From IMG/VR virus record IMGVR_UViG_3300033073_001109, positions 18,197-82,196 of that record: a DNA stretch of 64,000 bases; one strand, given 5' to 3'. The position numbers and the translations under genes are program-made. The notes under the pieces are model-generated. The model searched no databases. It had not been told where the DNA came from and saw only the letters and a program-made list of their open reading frames with translations. Positions 28,518 through 37,034 of the stretch are shown here, piece by piece. How positions within the stretch are numbered: position 1 is the first letter of the stretch; each line of letters begins with the position of its first letter. Source of the DNA: a virus. Its lineage: Duplodnaviria; Caudoviricetes.

Positions 28518-29310
28518 TATAGGTATCCTTTAAAATTTTCATTGCACGACCGTTTTCTAATTCTTTGTAGTGAAACTGTCCGTAAGCCAAATGTTTGACC
28601 CATGCGTATCTTAGTTCTTCTTCTGGCCACCAGGGATTATCTATCATACTGAGATCTTTGTTGCTCACTGGCCGAGCTGCATTGCATGGGGCCAGTACAA
28701 AAGTAGGCACACCTGCAATCACTGACTCAGTGGCTGCTATGCTATTATACGTTACTAAAGCATGAGCGTCGCTGAGCGCTTGTTCTAAAGTGTCGTGATT
28801 TCTAGCTTGGCGACTTTTGGTGCGTTGTCTAACAACCACTTCTCTGTCAGTGTACTTTTTAATTTCCATCACAGTGTCTGTGATCCATTGTTGCAGATCT
28901 ATACCGTAAAACACACAAGGTTTTTCGTCTGGCGCAGCCACAATGATTTTAGATCCTTTGTTCCTTCGTTTGAGTGCAATGGCCATACGCTGCCAACGGT
29001 CTGGAGGCCGCGGAATAATTTCGTTGTGTTGTAAGTCGTTGAATACTACTCTATTCCAAATCTTTGCACCGTGCGGATTTAACGGCCCTCGACGATTGCC
29101 GAAGTACCCAGAATCAAAATAAAAAAACGGACGTTGATCTTCCCAACAACGTTTGATTATTTTGTGTTTCATGATGCCGCGTATTACCAACAAATTGTTG
29201 TTGTCCTCGTAGTTCCAAGATTCTAAGTTAGTGGGCTCAGCACCGCAACCACGAGCAAAACGATCAATGTAGTTGTCTTCATCTTTTTTGTTTAAAAATA
29301 TCCACGTCAT
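28510..29310 (-). CDS. Capsule-synthesis-like glycosyltransferase, paralogue 3
   Basis: YFDSGYF, VVVRQR, LVTYNSIAATESVIAGVP, LAYGQF. Confidence 0.6.
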   Translation of the reverse strand: MTWIFLNKKDEDNYIDRFARGCGAEPTNLESWNYEDNNNLLVIRGIMKHKIIKRCWEDQRPFFYFDSGYFGNRRGPLNPHGAKIWNRVVFNDLQHNEIIPRPPDRWQRMAIALKRRNKGSKIIVAAPDEKPCVFYGIDLQQWITDTVMEIKKYTDREVVVRQRTKSRQARNHDTLEQALSDAHALVTYNSIAATESVIAGVPTFVLAPCNAARPVSNKDLSMIDNPWWPEEELRYAWVKHLAYGQFHYKELENGRAMKILKDTYNV

Positions 29311-30110
29311 TGCCAGTATGCCTCGGATCTTGCAATTTTTAAATCTGAGCCAGGACTACGTCCCCGATGTTTTCTTGAACCTTTGAGATGATCAAGATAT
29401 GCACCCCAGTCAGAATTTATCAATGGATGACCTTCCCCAGTAATAAGATGACTAGACCAATCGTGTTCATGCATTTTGATACGTTGGCGAACAGCATCAA
29501 AAACAAAACTGTCATGCCATTCATTCAGTTGAAAAATGCCCAATTCGGCTTGATCATAAAAACGTTGAAACTCTTTGAGAAACAAACGAGTAGAATCGCT
29601 GCGTAGGTTCATGGCGTAAAGTCCGCACTCAGTGAATTTGCCACGTCTTCCCAAGAAGCATAGGTCTTTGGCAACTGGGCACAGGCGGTCAATTTCGGCT
29701 ACAGTGATAGGACTGTGACAAACCATGTCGGCGTCCATCCACAATAGCCAATCGGCGTCAACATTTTCGGCAGCGGCAAATATGGCATATACCTTGTGAG
29801 CAAAACGCACAGCGTCCCATTTAAACCCTTTGCCTGCGTCTTTTCTACGACTGCGCACTGGATCAGAACTTACGTCGCCATTGGCTCGAGGCACTCCGCG
29901 CCATTGATTTTTAAATGCAACCAAAGCCGGACTGGCTTGTTCTAGATCAAAAACTTTGACATTGGGGGCATTACAGTCTACAGCACAACCTTCTGCGTAA
30001 ACCATCAAGGTCACTGATTTGGGCCATGTTTTGCAAAAGGTTTTGATCATTCTGCGTCCATAATTCTCATAGCCCTGAGCATTAAAAGTGGTAACTACAG
30101 CGTACTTCAT
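29307..30110 (-). CDS. GT-A nucleotide-diphospho-sugar transferase
   Basis: VTTF, RFAHKV, LLWMDAD, TECG, WHDS, DHLKG. Confidence 0.75.
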   Translation of the reverse strand: MKYAVVTTFNAQGYENYGRRMIKTFCKTWPKSVTLMVYAEGCAVDCNAPNVKVFDLEQASPALVAFKNQWRGVPRANGDVSSDPVRSRRKDAGKGFKWDAVRFAHKVYAIFAAAENVDADWLLWMDADMVCHSPITVAEIDRLCPVAKDLCFLGRRGKFTECGLYAMNLRSDSTRLFLKEFQRFYDQAELGIFQLNEWHDSFVFDAVRQRIKMHEHDWSSHLITGEGHPLINSDWGAYLDHLKGSRKHRGRSPGSDLKIARSEAYWQ

Positions 30111-30121
30111 GATAGATACTT

Positions 30122-30958
30122 ATGATCAAAAACATAGCCTATTTTCCTAATCAATGTGCATTGAATTCGGGACCGGTAATGACTGCATTAAAATTCAGTT
30201 TGGGGAGAGCCGGTGTGCGTATGATAGAAAATAGCATGGAATGTGATGCGGCAGTGATTTGGTCAGTGTTATGGTCTGGCCGTATGTCGGCCAACAGAGA
30301 GGTCTACCGACACTATAGAAATCAAAACAAACCAGTGATCATTGTTGAAATAGGTGCATTGCACAGAGGGAGAACTTGGAAAATATCAGTCAACAACGTT
30401 ACATCCAATGGTTACTATGGACATCTAACTGACCTTGATTGGGACCGTCCCAGTAAGTTGGGTATCAAACTCCTAAAACCCAGCGTCACACAACCCAACG
30501 TGTTGATCGCTTTGCAACATCACAAAAGCATGCAGGTAGATTCAATACCAGACATGACTGAATGGCTTCGTACCACTGTTCAGATCATTAAAAACAACAC
30601 GGATCGACCCATAACAGTGCGGCCACATCCTAGATCTCGAATAGAAATTCCAACCGGACTGACAATAGAAACTCCCAAGCCTGTGCCTGGAACCTATGAC
30701 AGTTTTGACATGCATTTTAATTGTCATGCTGTGGTCAACTACAACTCGGGTCCTGGCATACAAGCAGCCATTGCTGGCGCTCGTCCTCTAGTGGATTTTT
30801 CTAGTCTGGCTTATCCGGTGAGCATTGGATTTCCTGATATTGAACAACCATACGATCGAGATCGTGATTTGTGGCTCACACAAATTTGCCACACAGAATA
30901 TACAGTGGAAGAACTACAAATAGGTTTATGGCTAAAAAGAATAGAATTGGCGCTGTGA
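30122..30958 (+). CDS. Capsule-synthesis-like glycosyltransferase, paralogue 4
   Basis: IIVEIG, ITVRPHP, VVNYNSGPGIQAAIAG, ICHTEY. Confidence 0.6.
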   Translation: MIKNIAYFPNQCALNSGPVMTALKFSLGRAGVRMIENSMECDAAVIWSVLWSGRMSANREVYRHYRNQNKPVIIVEIGALHRGRTWKISVNNVTSNGYYGHLTDLDWDRPSKLGIKLLKPSVTQPNVLIALQHHKSMQVDSIPDMTEWLRTTVQIIKNNTDRPITVRPHPRSRIEIPTGLTIETPKPVPGTYDSFDMHFNCHAVVNYNSGPGIQAAIAGARPLVDFSSLAYPVSIGFPDIEQPYDRDRDLWLTQICHTEYTVEELQIGLWLKRIELAL

Positions 30959-31662
30959 TAGATTGTGCTTGTGTAATACACAGCACACTTTACAGTTGGA
31001 CGTATGTTGAACGATTAACCAACATGATACAACGGCACATGCCCAAAGAAATACGAATGCATGTATACACTGAGCATGACCGAAGCGTACCACCACAGTA
31101 TGTCAAACATTGTTTGGAAGACTGGAAAGGCATTGGCGGACCCAAGCGCAGTTGGTGGTACAAGATGCAATTGTTTAATACCAAATTTCATCAAGGACCA
31201 TTGTTGTATTTTGATCTAGACTGTGTGATTAGAAAAGATTTATCATGGGTGCTAGATAGTTCGCCAGAACTGTTTTGGGCCATCAGAGATTTTAAATACC
31301 TTCAAAATTCTAGTGTACAAACCTTGAACAGCAGTGTAATGTGGTGGGACACCAGAGATTTTGCAGACATATGGGACAATTTTACAAAGTTAGATATCAA
31401 TGAAACTGTGAGAAAATTTCCTGGTGACCAAGATTATCTAACTCAGTGCATACCGTTTAATCGCAGAAGATTTTTTGAAGATAGACACTTTCAAAGTTAT
31501 CGCTGGCAAGTAATGGATGGTGGATACGATTTTGCTAGACGCCGTCACAAGCAACCTGGGTCAGGTGCTAAAATTGCTGACGACACATCCGTGATTGTAT
31601 TTCATGGCAAACCCAAACCTGATCAAGTCAAAGATCCACTGATTCAGCAAGAATGGATTTAG
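30928..31662 (+). CDS. GT-A glycosyltransferase
   Basis: WWYKMQLF, LYFDLDCVI, NSSVMWW, GDQDYL, VFHGKPKP; start set at ATG 30928. Confidence 0.75.
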   Translation: MAKKNRIGAVIDCACVIHSTLYSWTYVERLTNMIQRHMPKEIRMHVYTEHDRSVPPQYVKHCLEDWKGIGGPKRSWWYKMQLFNTKFHQGPLLYFDLDCVIRKDLSWVLDSSPELFWAIRDFKYLQNSSVQTLNSSVMWWDTRDFADIWDNFTKLDINETVRKFPGDQDYLTQCIPFNRRRFFEDRHFQSYRWQVMDGGYDFARRRHKQPGSGAKIADDTSVIVFHGKPKPDQVKDPLIQQEWI

Positions 31663-32263
31663 TGTTCTGGCTTCTAACTTTGTTGTTGTAAAAATCTTCA
31701 ACCATAGACCATTTATACAGTGGAATGTAGTCTAAAAATAAATGTGTGCGAATACTGCGTCCACGGTTAGTACTGCCGTGCATGGTCATAACATTAAGCT
31801 CGTACAACTGACCGGGTTCCATGTGTATTGATTCGCCATCAACTTGTGTAAAAGCATCTGGATTGGTTGCAATAGGCACAATAATTCTGTGAGCATGTTT
31901 TTGCCACCATGGTGCATCAATATGCAGATCTTGTTGACCGTTGGGTAGTAGACAAATATAATGGCCTTTGAACCAGCGTGTTTCGGGAAACACATCTTTT
32001 AAGTAGTCGGCTAACTCGTCTGCTAGGCTAACTAAATTTTGTGTATCAGGCCGGTACCTGAGTTCTTGGTTGTAGGTCCACTTCCAGTACGTCCAGGCCA
32101 GATTGTTGCGCAATACTTGTATCACGTAACTGTCTTTGTTGTTCTGGGGAAATATTGTATCGATCAGCGGATCTGAGTAGTCGTAACTCTCTACTGCCCG
32201 CACTAATCTTTTGAAAATTTCTGTGTTGGCAATGCTGTGAAGTTTGCGATTTTGTAGTTCCAT
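31628..32263 (-). CDS. 2OG-Fe(II) oxygenase (Asp/Asn beta-hydroxylase-like)
   Basis: HID, RIIVPIATN, HGSTN, RTHL; minus-strand TAAATA at 32274-32269. Confidence 0.75.
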   Translation of the reverse strand: MELQNRKLHSIANTEIFKRLVRAVESYDYSDPLIDTIFPQNNKDSYVIQVLRNNLAWTYWKWTYNQELRYRPDTQNLVSLADELADYLKDVFPETRWFKGHYICLLPNGQQDLHIDAPWWQKHAHRIIVPIATNPDAFTQVDGESIHMEPGQLYELNVMTMHGSTNRGRSIRTHLFLDYIPLYKWSMVEDFYNNKVRSQNTKSILAESVDL

Positions 32264-32282
32264 TGTAGTATTTAAGTATTAC

Positions 32283-32311
32283 TTGACCAATAATTGCCTT
32301 TTTGCTATAAT
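32283..32311 (+). promoter_or_regulatory. Sigma70-like early promoter
   Basis: TTGACC-N17-TATAAT with extended TG. Confidence 0.8.
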
Positions 32312-32339
32312 TTGGTTATGTTCAGCAAAGGAGCGTGAC

Positions 32340-32570
32340 ATGGGTTATCGTGTAATTGGCCAGCGTGATGCAAAGTGGCAACCCCGCAAAGGTTTAGAAG
32401 GTCCGTTCTTTTATCCCAATGGGCAGGTACTGTACTATGATCCCAAAGCAGGACAGTACTGGGATCCAACCACGGATTTCTATGTGTCCAATGATGATGT
32501 TGCAGATTTGCAACAGGATTTTATGAAGTTTTTGGCCCAAGGAGGCCATCAACCCGCTGTTCAAAAGTAA
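32340..32570 (+). CDS. Small early hypothetical protein
   Basis: AAGGAG RBS; LEGPFFYPNGQVLYYDPKAGQYWDP. Confidence 0.75.
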   Translation: MGYRVIGQRDAKWQPRKGLEGPFFYPNGQVLYYDPKAGQYWDPTTDFYVSNDDVADLQQDFMKFLAQGGHQPAVQK

Positions 32571-32622
32571 TACTTTTGCTGTACTTGCACAGAAATGGGC
32601 AATCTGCTATAATAATGACATA
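32562..32622 (+). promoter_or_regulatory. Palindrome plus sigma70-like early promoter
   Basis: CAAAAGTA-A-TACTTTTG, then TTGCAC-N17-TATAAT-AATGACATA. Confidence 0.75.
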
Positions 32623-32639
32623 GAAACAAGGAGGACTAT

Positions 32640-32885
32640 ATGTCAAATCAAACCAAGGCAGGCCTAATTACAGTAGGAATCTTGGGCATTGGTGCCCTGG
32701 CACTCACTGCAATGCAATGGATTGTGGAGTATTTTACTCGGGAAGAAATTGTTAATACTTTAGTATTGGGTATTTGTGTGTTCTTAGTCTGGAGCATGTA
32801 CCAACTGATTTTGACTCGTTTAGAATATGACGAGCGTTTAGAAAAGTTAAACGAAAGTATTAAGAAACCAGCGGTTGACCAATAA
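32640..32885 (+). CDS. Small membrane protein (two hydrophobic segments)
   Basis: GGAGG RBS; two hydrophobic stretches. Confidence 0.75.
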   Translation: MSNQTKAGLITVGILGIGALALTAMQWIVEYFTREEIVNTLVLGICVFLVWSMYQLILTRLEYDERLEKLNESIKKPAVDQ

Positions 32886-32912
32886 TCCGCTATTTGCTAT
32901 AATAATGACATA
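32875..32912 (+). promoter_or_regulatory. Sigma70-like early promoter
   Basis: TTGACC-N17-TATAAT-AATGACATA. Confidence 0.8.
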
Positions 32913-32943
32913 CTGTAACAACAACCACTCACAGGAGCCAACC

Positions 32944-33966
32944 ATGAGTACTATTCGCATCATCAACGGTAACTACCGCGGTATCAACATCCAGAACACT
33001 GAATTTGAACTAGTGTCTGGTTTCCAAACTGGCGCCAAAGGTGCCTACGTCACTGTTAAAAACAGTGGAACTTTCCCCAAGTGCCCTGACACCATTCGTG
33101 TCAAGGTTGACAGCATCCGAGACATTGAGTATACTACAGGCATGACACAAGACAACACCGTTCACTTTGAAAAACCCGTGGCCCAAACTGAAACTGAAGA
33201 ACAAGCCATGGATCGTATCCGTGAGCGTTTTGACATCTTGCATGAAATGTCAAAAGCCTGTGTCAGTGGCGACATTCGTGCTATGATCGTGTCAGGCCCG
33301 CCCGGCGTTGGTAAATCTTTTGGTGTGGAGCAAGAAATTGACAAAGCCTGTATGTTTGACAAGATTGCTGGCAAACGACTTCGCGCAGAAGTTGTCAAAG
33401 GCTCAGCAACCCCAATCGGTCTTTATCAGACGCTGTACAAATATTCTGACCCAAATTGTGTCGTGGTTTTCGATGACTGCGATTCAATTCTGTTGGACGA
33501 TGTCGCCCTTAACTTACTCAAAGGCGCACTCGATTCAGGTAAGAAACGCAAAATTAGTTGGCTCGCCGACAGTCGCATCCTGCGCCAAGAAGGTATCCCG
33601 GACAGTTTTGAGTTTAAAGGCAGTGTTATCTTCATCACTAACCTTAAGTTCGATAAGATGAAGTCGCAAAAGTTGCGCGATCACTTGGATGCTCTCCAAA
33701 GCCGTTGTCACTATCTGGACCTTACTTTGGATACCATGCGTGACAAAATCCTGCGTATCAAGCAGATTGCCAAAGACGGTGTGTTGTTTGCAGACTATGA
33801 CTTTGCTCCTGAAGTACAAGATGAGATTATTGAGTTTATGAATGACAATCAAAATCGCCTGCGTGAGATGAGCTTGCGTATGGCGCTGAAGATTGCTGAC
33901 TTGCGTAAACTGTCGGTTCTCAACTGGAAGCGACTGGCTGAGACCACTTGCATGAAGGCAGCCTAA
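32944..33966 (+). CDS. P-loop (AAA-type) ATPase
   Basis: GPPGVGKS, VVVFDDCD, LLKGALD, FITN, ALQSR; AGGAG RBS before ATG 32944. Confidence 0.85.
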   Translation: MSTIRIINGNYRGINIQNTEFELVSGFQTGAKGAYVTVKNSGTFPKCPDTIRVKVDSIRDIEYTTGMTQDNTVHFEKPVAQTETEEQAMDRIRERFDILHEMSKACVSGDIRAMIVSGPPGVGKSFGVEQEIDKACMFDKIAGKRLRAEVVKGSATPIGLYQTLYKYSDPNCVVVFDDCDSILLDDVALNLLKGALDSGKKRKISWLADSRILRQEGIPDSFEFKGSVIFITNLKFDKMKSQKLRDHLDALQSRCHYLDLTLDTMRDKILRIKQIAKDGVLFADYDFAPEVQDEIIEFMNDNQNRLREMSLRMALKIADLRKLSVLNWKRLAETTCMKAA

Positions 33967-33967
33967 C

Positions 33968-34060
33968 ATGGCTTGGTGGGGTGTGTTCTTTTTGTTCATA
34001 ACAGGCCACCCCGGTTTTGCTATTATTTTGATGCTGTTGATTTTGGCATTTGGAGATTGA
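33968..34060 (+). CDS. 30-aa hydrophobic peptide (not in ORF track)
   Basis: MAWWGVFFLFITGHPGFAIILMLLILAFGD; starts 1 nt after the ATPase stop. Confidence 0.5.
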   Translation: MAWWGVFFLFITGHPGFAIILMLLILAFGD

Positions 34061-34061
34061 T

Positions 34062-34178
34062 ATGTACCAAATATGGGACGGAGATTTATATCTGTATTCT
34101 GTGGATACAGATCACGAAGCAGATGAAGCTCGCGAAGCAGGATTTACAGTAAAATCTCAGGAGTATTACGGAGCATGA
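34062..34178 (+). CDS. 38-aa acidic peptide (not in ORF track)
   Basis: GGAG RBS; MYQIWDGDLYLYSVD...; ATGA overlap with 34175. Confidence 0.55.
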   Translation: MYQIWDGDLYLYSVDTDHEADEAREAGFTVKSQEYYGA

Positions 34179-34597
34179 AAATAGGATTGAGTTATAGTCG
34201 TTGCATACGTGACCTTATTGAAGGTGCTGTGAACATTGATGACGTGCTGATTATTATTGCCCGCACAGACTTTGACCCTGACAACGACGAGCAATGGGCC
34301 GGCATTTGGCGTGGATATCGCGGCCGTGGTGCGTTGGGCATGGCTCGTGAGTGGGGCGATTATGATGATAATCGAGAAGAGGAGTTCCGAGACATGACTC
34401 GGGCCTTGTTCCGCATGGGCAAGATCCATCAGCCTCGGCAGTTTGGTGCTCACCCATCGCGCCGCCCTGAGTATTGGCTAGAGGCTGTGTTGCCTCCTGA
34501 AGAACTAGAACGCAATCCAGCCGCCAAGGATGCATGGGATCGATTTCAAGTTGTGGCCGGTTTGACTAATATCAAATTGGATCGCGAGTACAGTTAA
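34175..34597 (+). CDS. Hypothetical protein
   Basis: 140 aa, GGAG RBS, higher GC than neighbours. Confidence 0.75.
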   Translation: MKIGLSYSRCIRDLIEGAVNIDDVLIIIARTDFDPDNDEQWAGIWRGYRGRGALGMAREWGDYDDNREEEFRDMTRALFRMGKIHQPRQFGAHPSRRPEYWLEAVLPPEELERNPAAKDAWDRFQVVAGLTNIKLDREYS

Positions 34598-34605
34598 TAG
34601 GTTTT

Positions 34606-34638
34606 CCTTGAGCACTATCGGTTGGCTCCGGCTCAAGG
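34606..34638 (+). other. Structured hairpin element
   Basis: CCTTGAGC-actat-CGG-ttggct-CCG-GCTCAAGG. Confidence 0.5.
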
Positions 34639-34642
34639 CTTT

Positions 34643-34674
34643 ACAGGTGCCCCTAAAAAGGCACCTGTTTTTTT
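34643..34674 (+). terminator. Intrinsic terminator
   Basis: ACAGGTGCC-cctaaaaa-GGCACCTGT followed by TTTTTT. Confidence 0.85.
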
Positions 34675-34701
34675 GACTTTTGTTAGCGGTAAGTATATAC
34701 T
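34673..34701 (+). promoter_or_regulatory. Sigma70-like promoter, -10 box 6 nt before ATG
   Basis: TTGACT-N17-TATACT-N6-ATG. Confidence 0.6.
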
Positions 34702-34707
34702 GCTATA

Positions 34708-35571
34708 ATGTTTAAATTCTTGCGAATAGTTCTTGGCCGTACAGGCGATCTACACATACGGTTCCGACTTAGAAATTCTGAAGTAACTGACCTGTGGTTA
34801 CAACGAATGTTGCAACGCACAGCCTGGCCCTTGGATCATCCAGATAGATTTTACGGATTTGGCACTCCAGTTGAAGAACGCAACCGTGCCGTGGTCATGA
34901 TTGAACAATGTATCAATACTATCAACGCACACGAGCCAATCATACATCGCAAGTTTGAATATACACAAGACTGTCTTAACTATTTGCACAATATATTTGA
35001 ACGATACCACGGATTGTTGGATCAACAAACATCACCTTATTGGAAGTCTGCACCAAACACAGTTCGCAAAGCTCTAGCCGAACTTAACTTGGCAGTACAC
35101 AGATGTGAAAGTGTGTCCAGTGGTAATCAACCGAGGTTTGTATGCACTTGGTACGGCATGCCCAAGACATATACGTTGGATCCTAAACTGCAATCTATAT
35201 ACGGAGACTGGCGTATCAAGTTTGGTACTGTATATCTTAACTATTGTGAAATAGGCAAAACTGTAGAAGACCTTACTCACGACAACGATAAGTACATTGG
35301 GGACGATGCGTTTCGTCCATTTAGCCATTACAGTGCCGATTTCAATGTTGCATTTTATGAACGAGACCTAACTGAAATCTATGGCAAAGTTCAAAACTAC
35401 ATTGATCAACATAGAGATTTTTTTCTTGCACACAACATACAAAGTGTGTATAATATCAAAGCACAACCTTTGAGACTGCCAGTTGCTGAACTTGAGTACA
35501 GCGGCAACAGGGAAGAGTTACTTTTTCAAATTGCACAACGTCAATGGGTGCATGAAGTTATATTAGAATGA
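34708..35571 (+). CDS. Hypothetical protein, paralogue of 20239-21006
   Basis: LNYLHNIFE, LAELNLAVHRCE, GTVYLNYCEIGK. Confidence 0.75.
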   Translation: MFKFLRIVLGRTGDLHIRFRLRNSEVTDLWLQRMLQRTAWPLDHPDRFYGFGTPVEERNRAVVMIEQCINTINAHEPIIHRKFEYTQDCLNYLHNIFERYHGLLDQQTSPYWKSAPNTVRKALAELNLAVHRCESVSSGNQPRFVCTWYGMPKTYTLDPKLQSIYGDWRIKFGTVYLNYCEIGKTVEDLTHDNDKYIGDDAFRPFSHYSADFNVAFYERDLTEIYGKVQNYIDQHRDFFLAHNIQSVYNIKAQPLRLPVAELEYSGNREELLFQIAQRQWVHEVILE

Positions 35572-37034
35572 AAACTGCCACAATAATTGTTCGAGACGAA
35601 GTTAACATCAAGATTGAAGGACTAGATCTTGACATGCGCCGCAGACTGGTTAGCCAGTTCAAGTATGATGTGCCTTATGCTAGATATCTACCAGCAGTAA
35701 GACTGGGCCGTTGGGATGGCAAGGTCAGTTACTTTCAATTGGGTGGCTCAACCTACACCAACTTGCTGCCTGAAATTTTGCCCACATTGGAGCAATGGGG
35801 CTGGGATGTTGAAGTAGATGATCAACGTAGCTACGGTGTAACATTTGATTTCATGCCCGTGGTTGAAGAACAATGGTCACACAAGGTGTGGCCCAAAGGA
35901 CACCCAGCCGAAGGTGAACCTATTATGTTGCGTGACTATCAAGTAGAAATTGTCAACAACTTTTTACAGAATCCTCAGTGCATACAAGAAGTGGCCACAG
36001 GTGCAGGCAAAACAATTATGACTGCCACACTCAGTGCCGCAGTAGAATCTTATGGTAGGTCAATTGTGATTGTGCCCAACAAGAGTTTGGTTACACAAAC
36101 AGAAAAAGACTATCGCAATGTTGGCTTAGATGTAGGTGTTTACTTTGGCGACCGTAAGGAAGTTGGCCACCAGCATACCATATGCACTTGGCAGAGTCTC
36201 AACGTGTTGTTAAAAAATACAAAATCTGGCACTGCCCAAACCACCATTGGTGAGTTTATTGAGGATGTTGTGTGTGTCATGGTAGACGAAGTACACATGG
36301 CCAAAGCAGACGCACTGAAAACCTTGCTTACAGGTGTTATGAGTCATATTCCTATTCGCTGGGGACTCACAGGCACCATACCCAAGGAAAAGTTTGAAAG
36401 CCAAGCTCTGTTGGTCAGTCTTGGCCCAGTGATTGGTAAACTCAGTGCCAATGAACTACAACAACAAGGCGTACTGGCTAACTGCCACGTCAACATTGTG
36501 CAATTGGTAGATCATGTAGAGTACAAAGACTATCAAAGCGAGCTCAAATATTTGTTGGAAGAATCGGGCAGACTAGATACTATTGCCAAGCTCGTTCAAC
36601 AAGTTAACGAAACCGGAAATACTTTGGTATTGGTTGATCGAGTAGCAGCCGGTCATGCATTGGTTGAACGGTTAGGCGAACGTGCTGTATTTGTGTCGGG
36701 TGCAACCAAAGCAAAGGATAGACAAAGTGAATACGACGAAGTGGCAGAAAGCTCAGACAAAATTATTGTGGCTACATATGGTGTGGCCGCGGTTGGTATT
36801 AACATTCCTCGTATTTTTAATTTGGTGTTGCTTGAACCTGGGAAGAGTTTTGTACGAGTTATCCAATCAATTGGTCGTGGTATCCGCAAGGCTGAGGACA
36901 AAGATCATGTACAAATCTGGGACGTTACATCAACGTGCAAGTTTGCAAAACGGCACCTTACAAAGAGAAAAGCCTACTACAAAGAAGCCAACTATCCGTT
37001 TACACAAGAACGATTAGATTGGATGATAATTTAA
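35568..37034 (+). CDS. uvsW: UvsW-like SF2 helicase
   Basis: ATGAGKT, DEVH, TGT, GINIP, QSIGRGIR. Confidence 0.92.
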   Translation: MKTATIIVRDEVNIKIEGLDLDMRRRLVSQFKYDVPYARYLPAVRLGRWDGKVSYFQLGGSTYTNLLPEILPTLEQWGWDVEVDDQRSYGVTFDFMPVVEEQWSHKVWPKGHPAEGEPIMLRDYQVEIVNNFLQNPQCIQEVATGAGKTIMTATLSAAVESYGRSIVIVPNKSLVTQTEKDYRNVGLDVGVYFGDRKEVGHQHTICTWQSLNVLLKNTKSGTAQTTIGEFIEDVVCVMVDEVHMAKADALKTLLTGVMSHIPIRWGLTGTIPKEKFESQALLVSLGPVIGKLSANELQQQGVLANCHVNIVQLVDHVEYKDYQSELKYLLEESGRLDTIAKLVQQVNETGNTLVLVDRVAAGHALVERLGERAVFVSGATKAKDRQSEYDEVAESSDKIIVATYGVAAVGINIPRIFNLVLLEPGKSFVRVIQSIGRGIRKAEDKDHVQIWDVTSTCKFAKRHLTKRKAYYKEANYPFTQERLDWMII

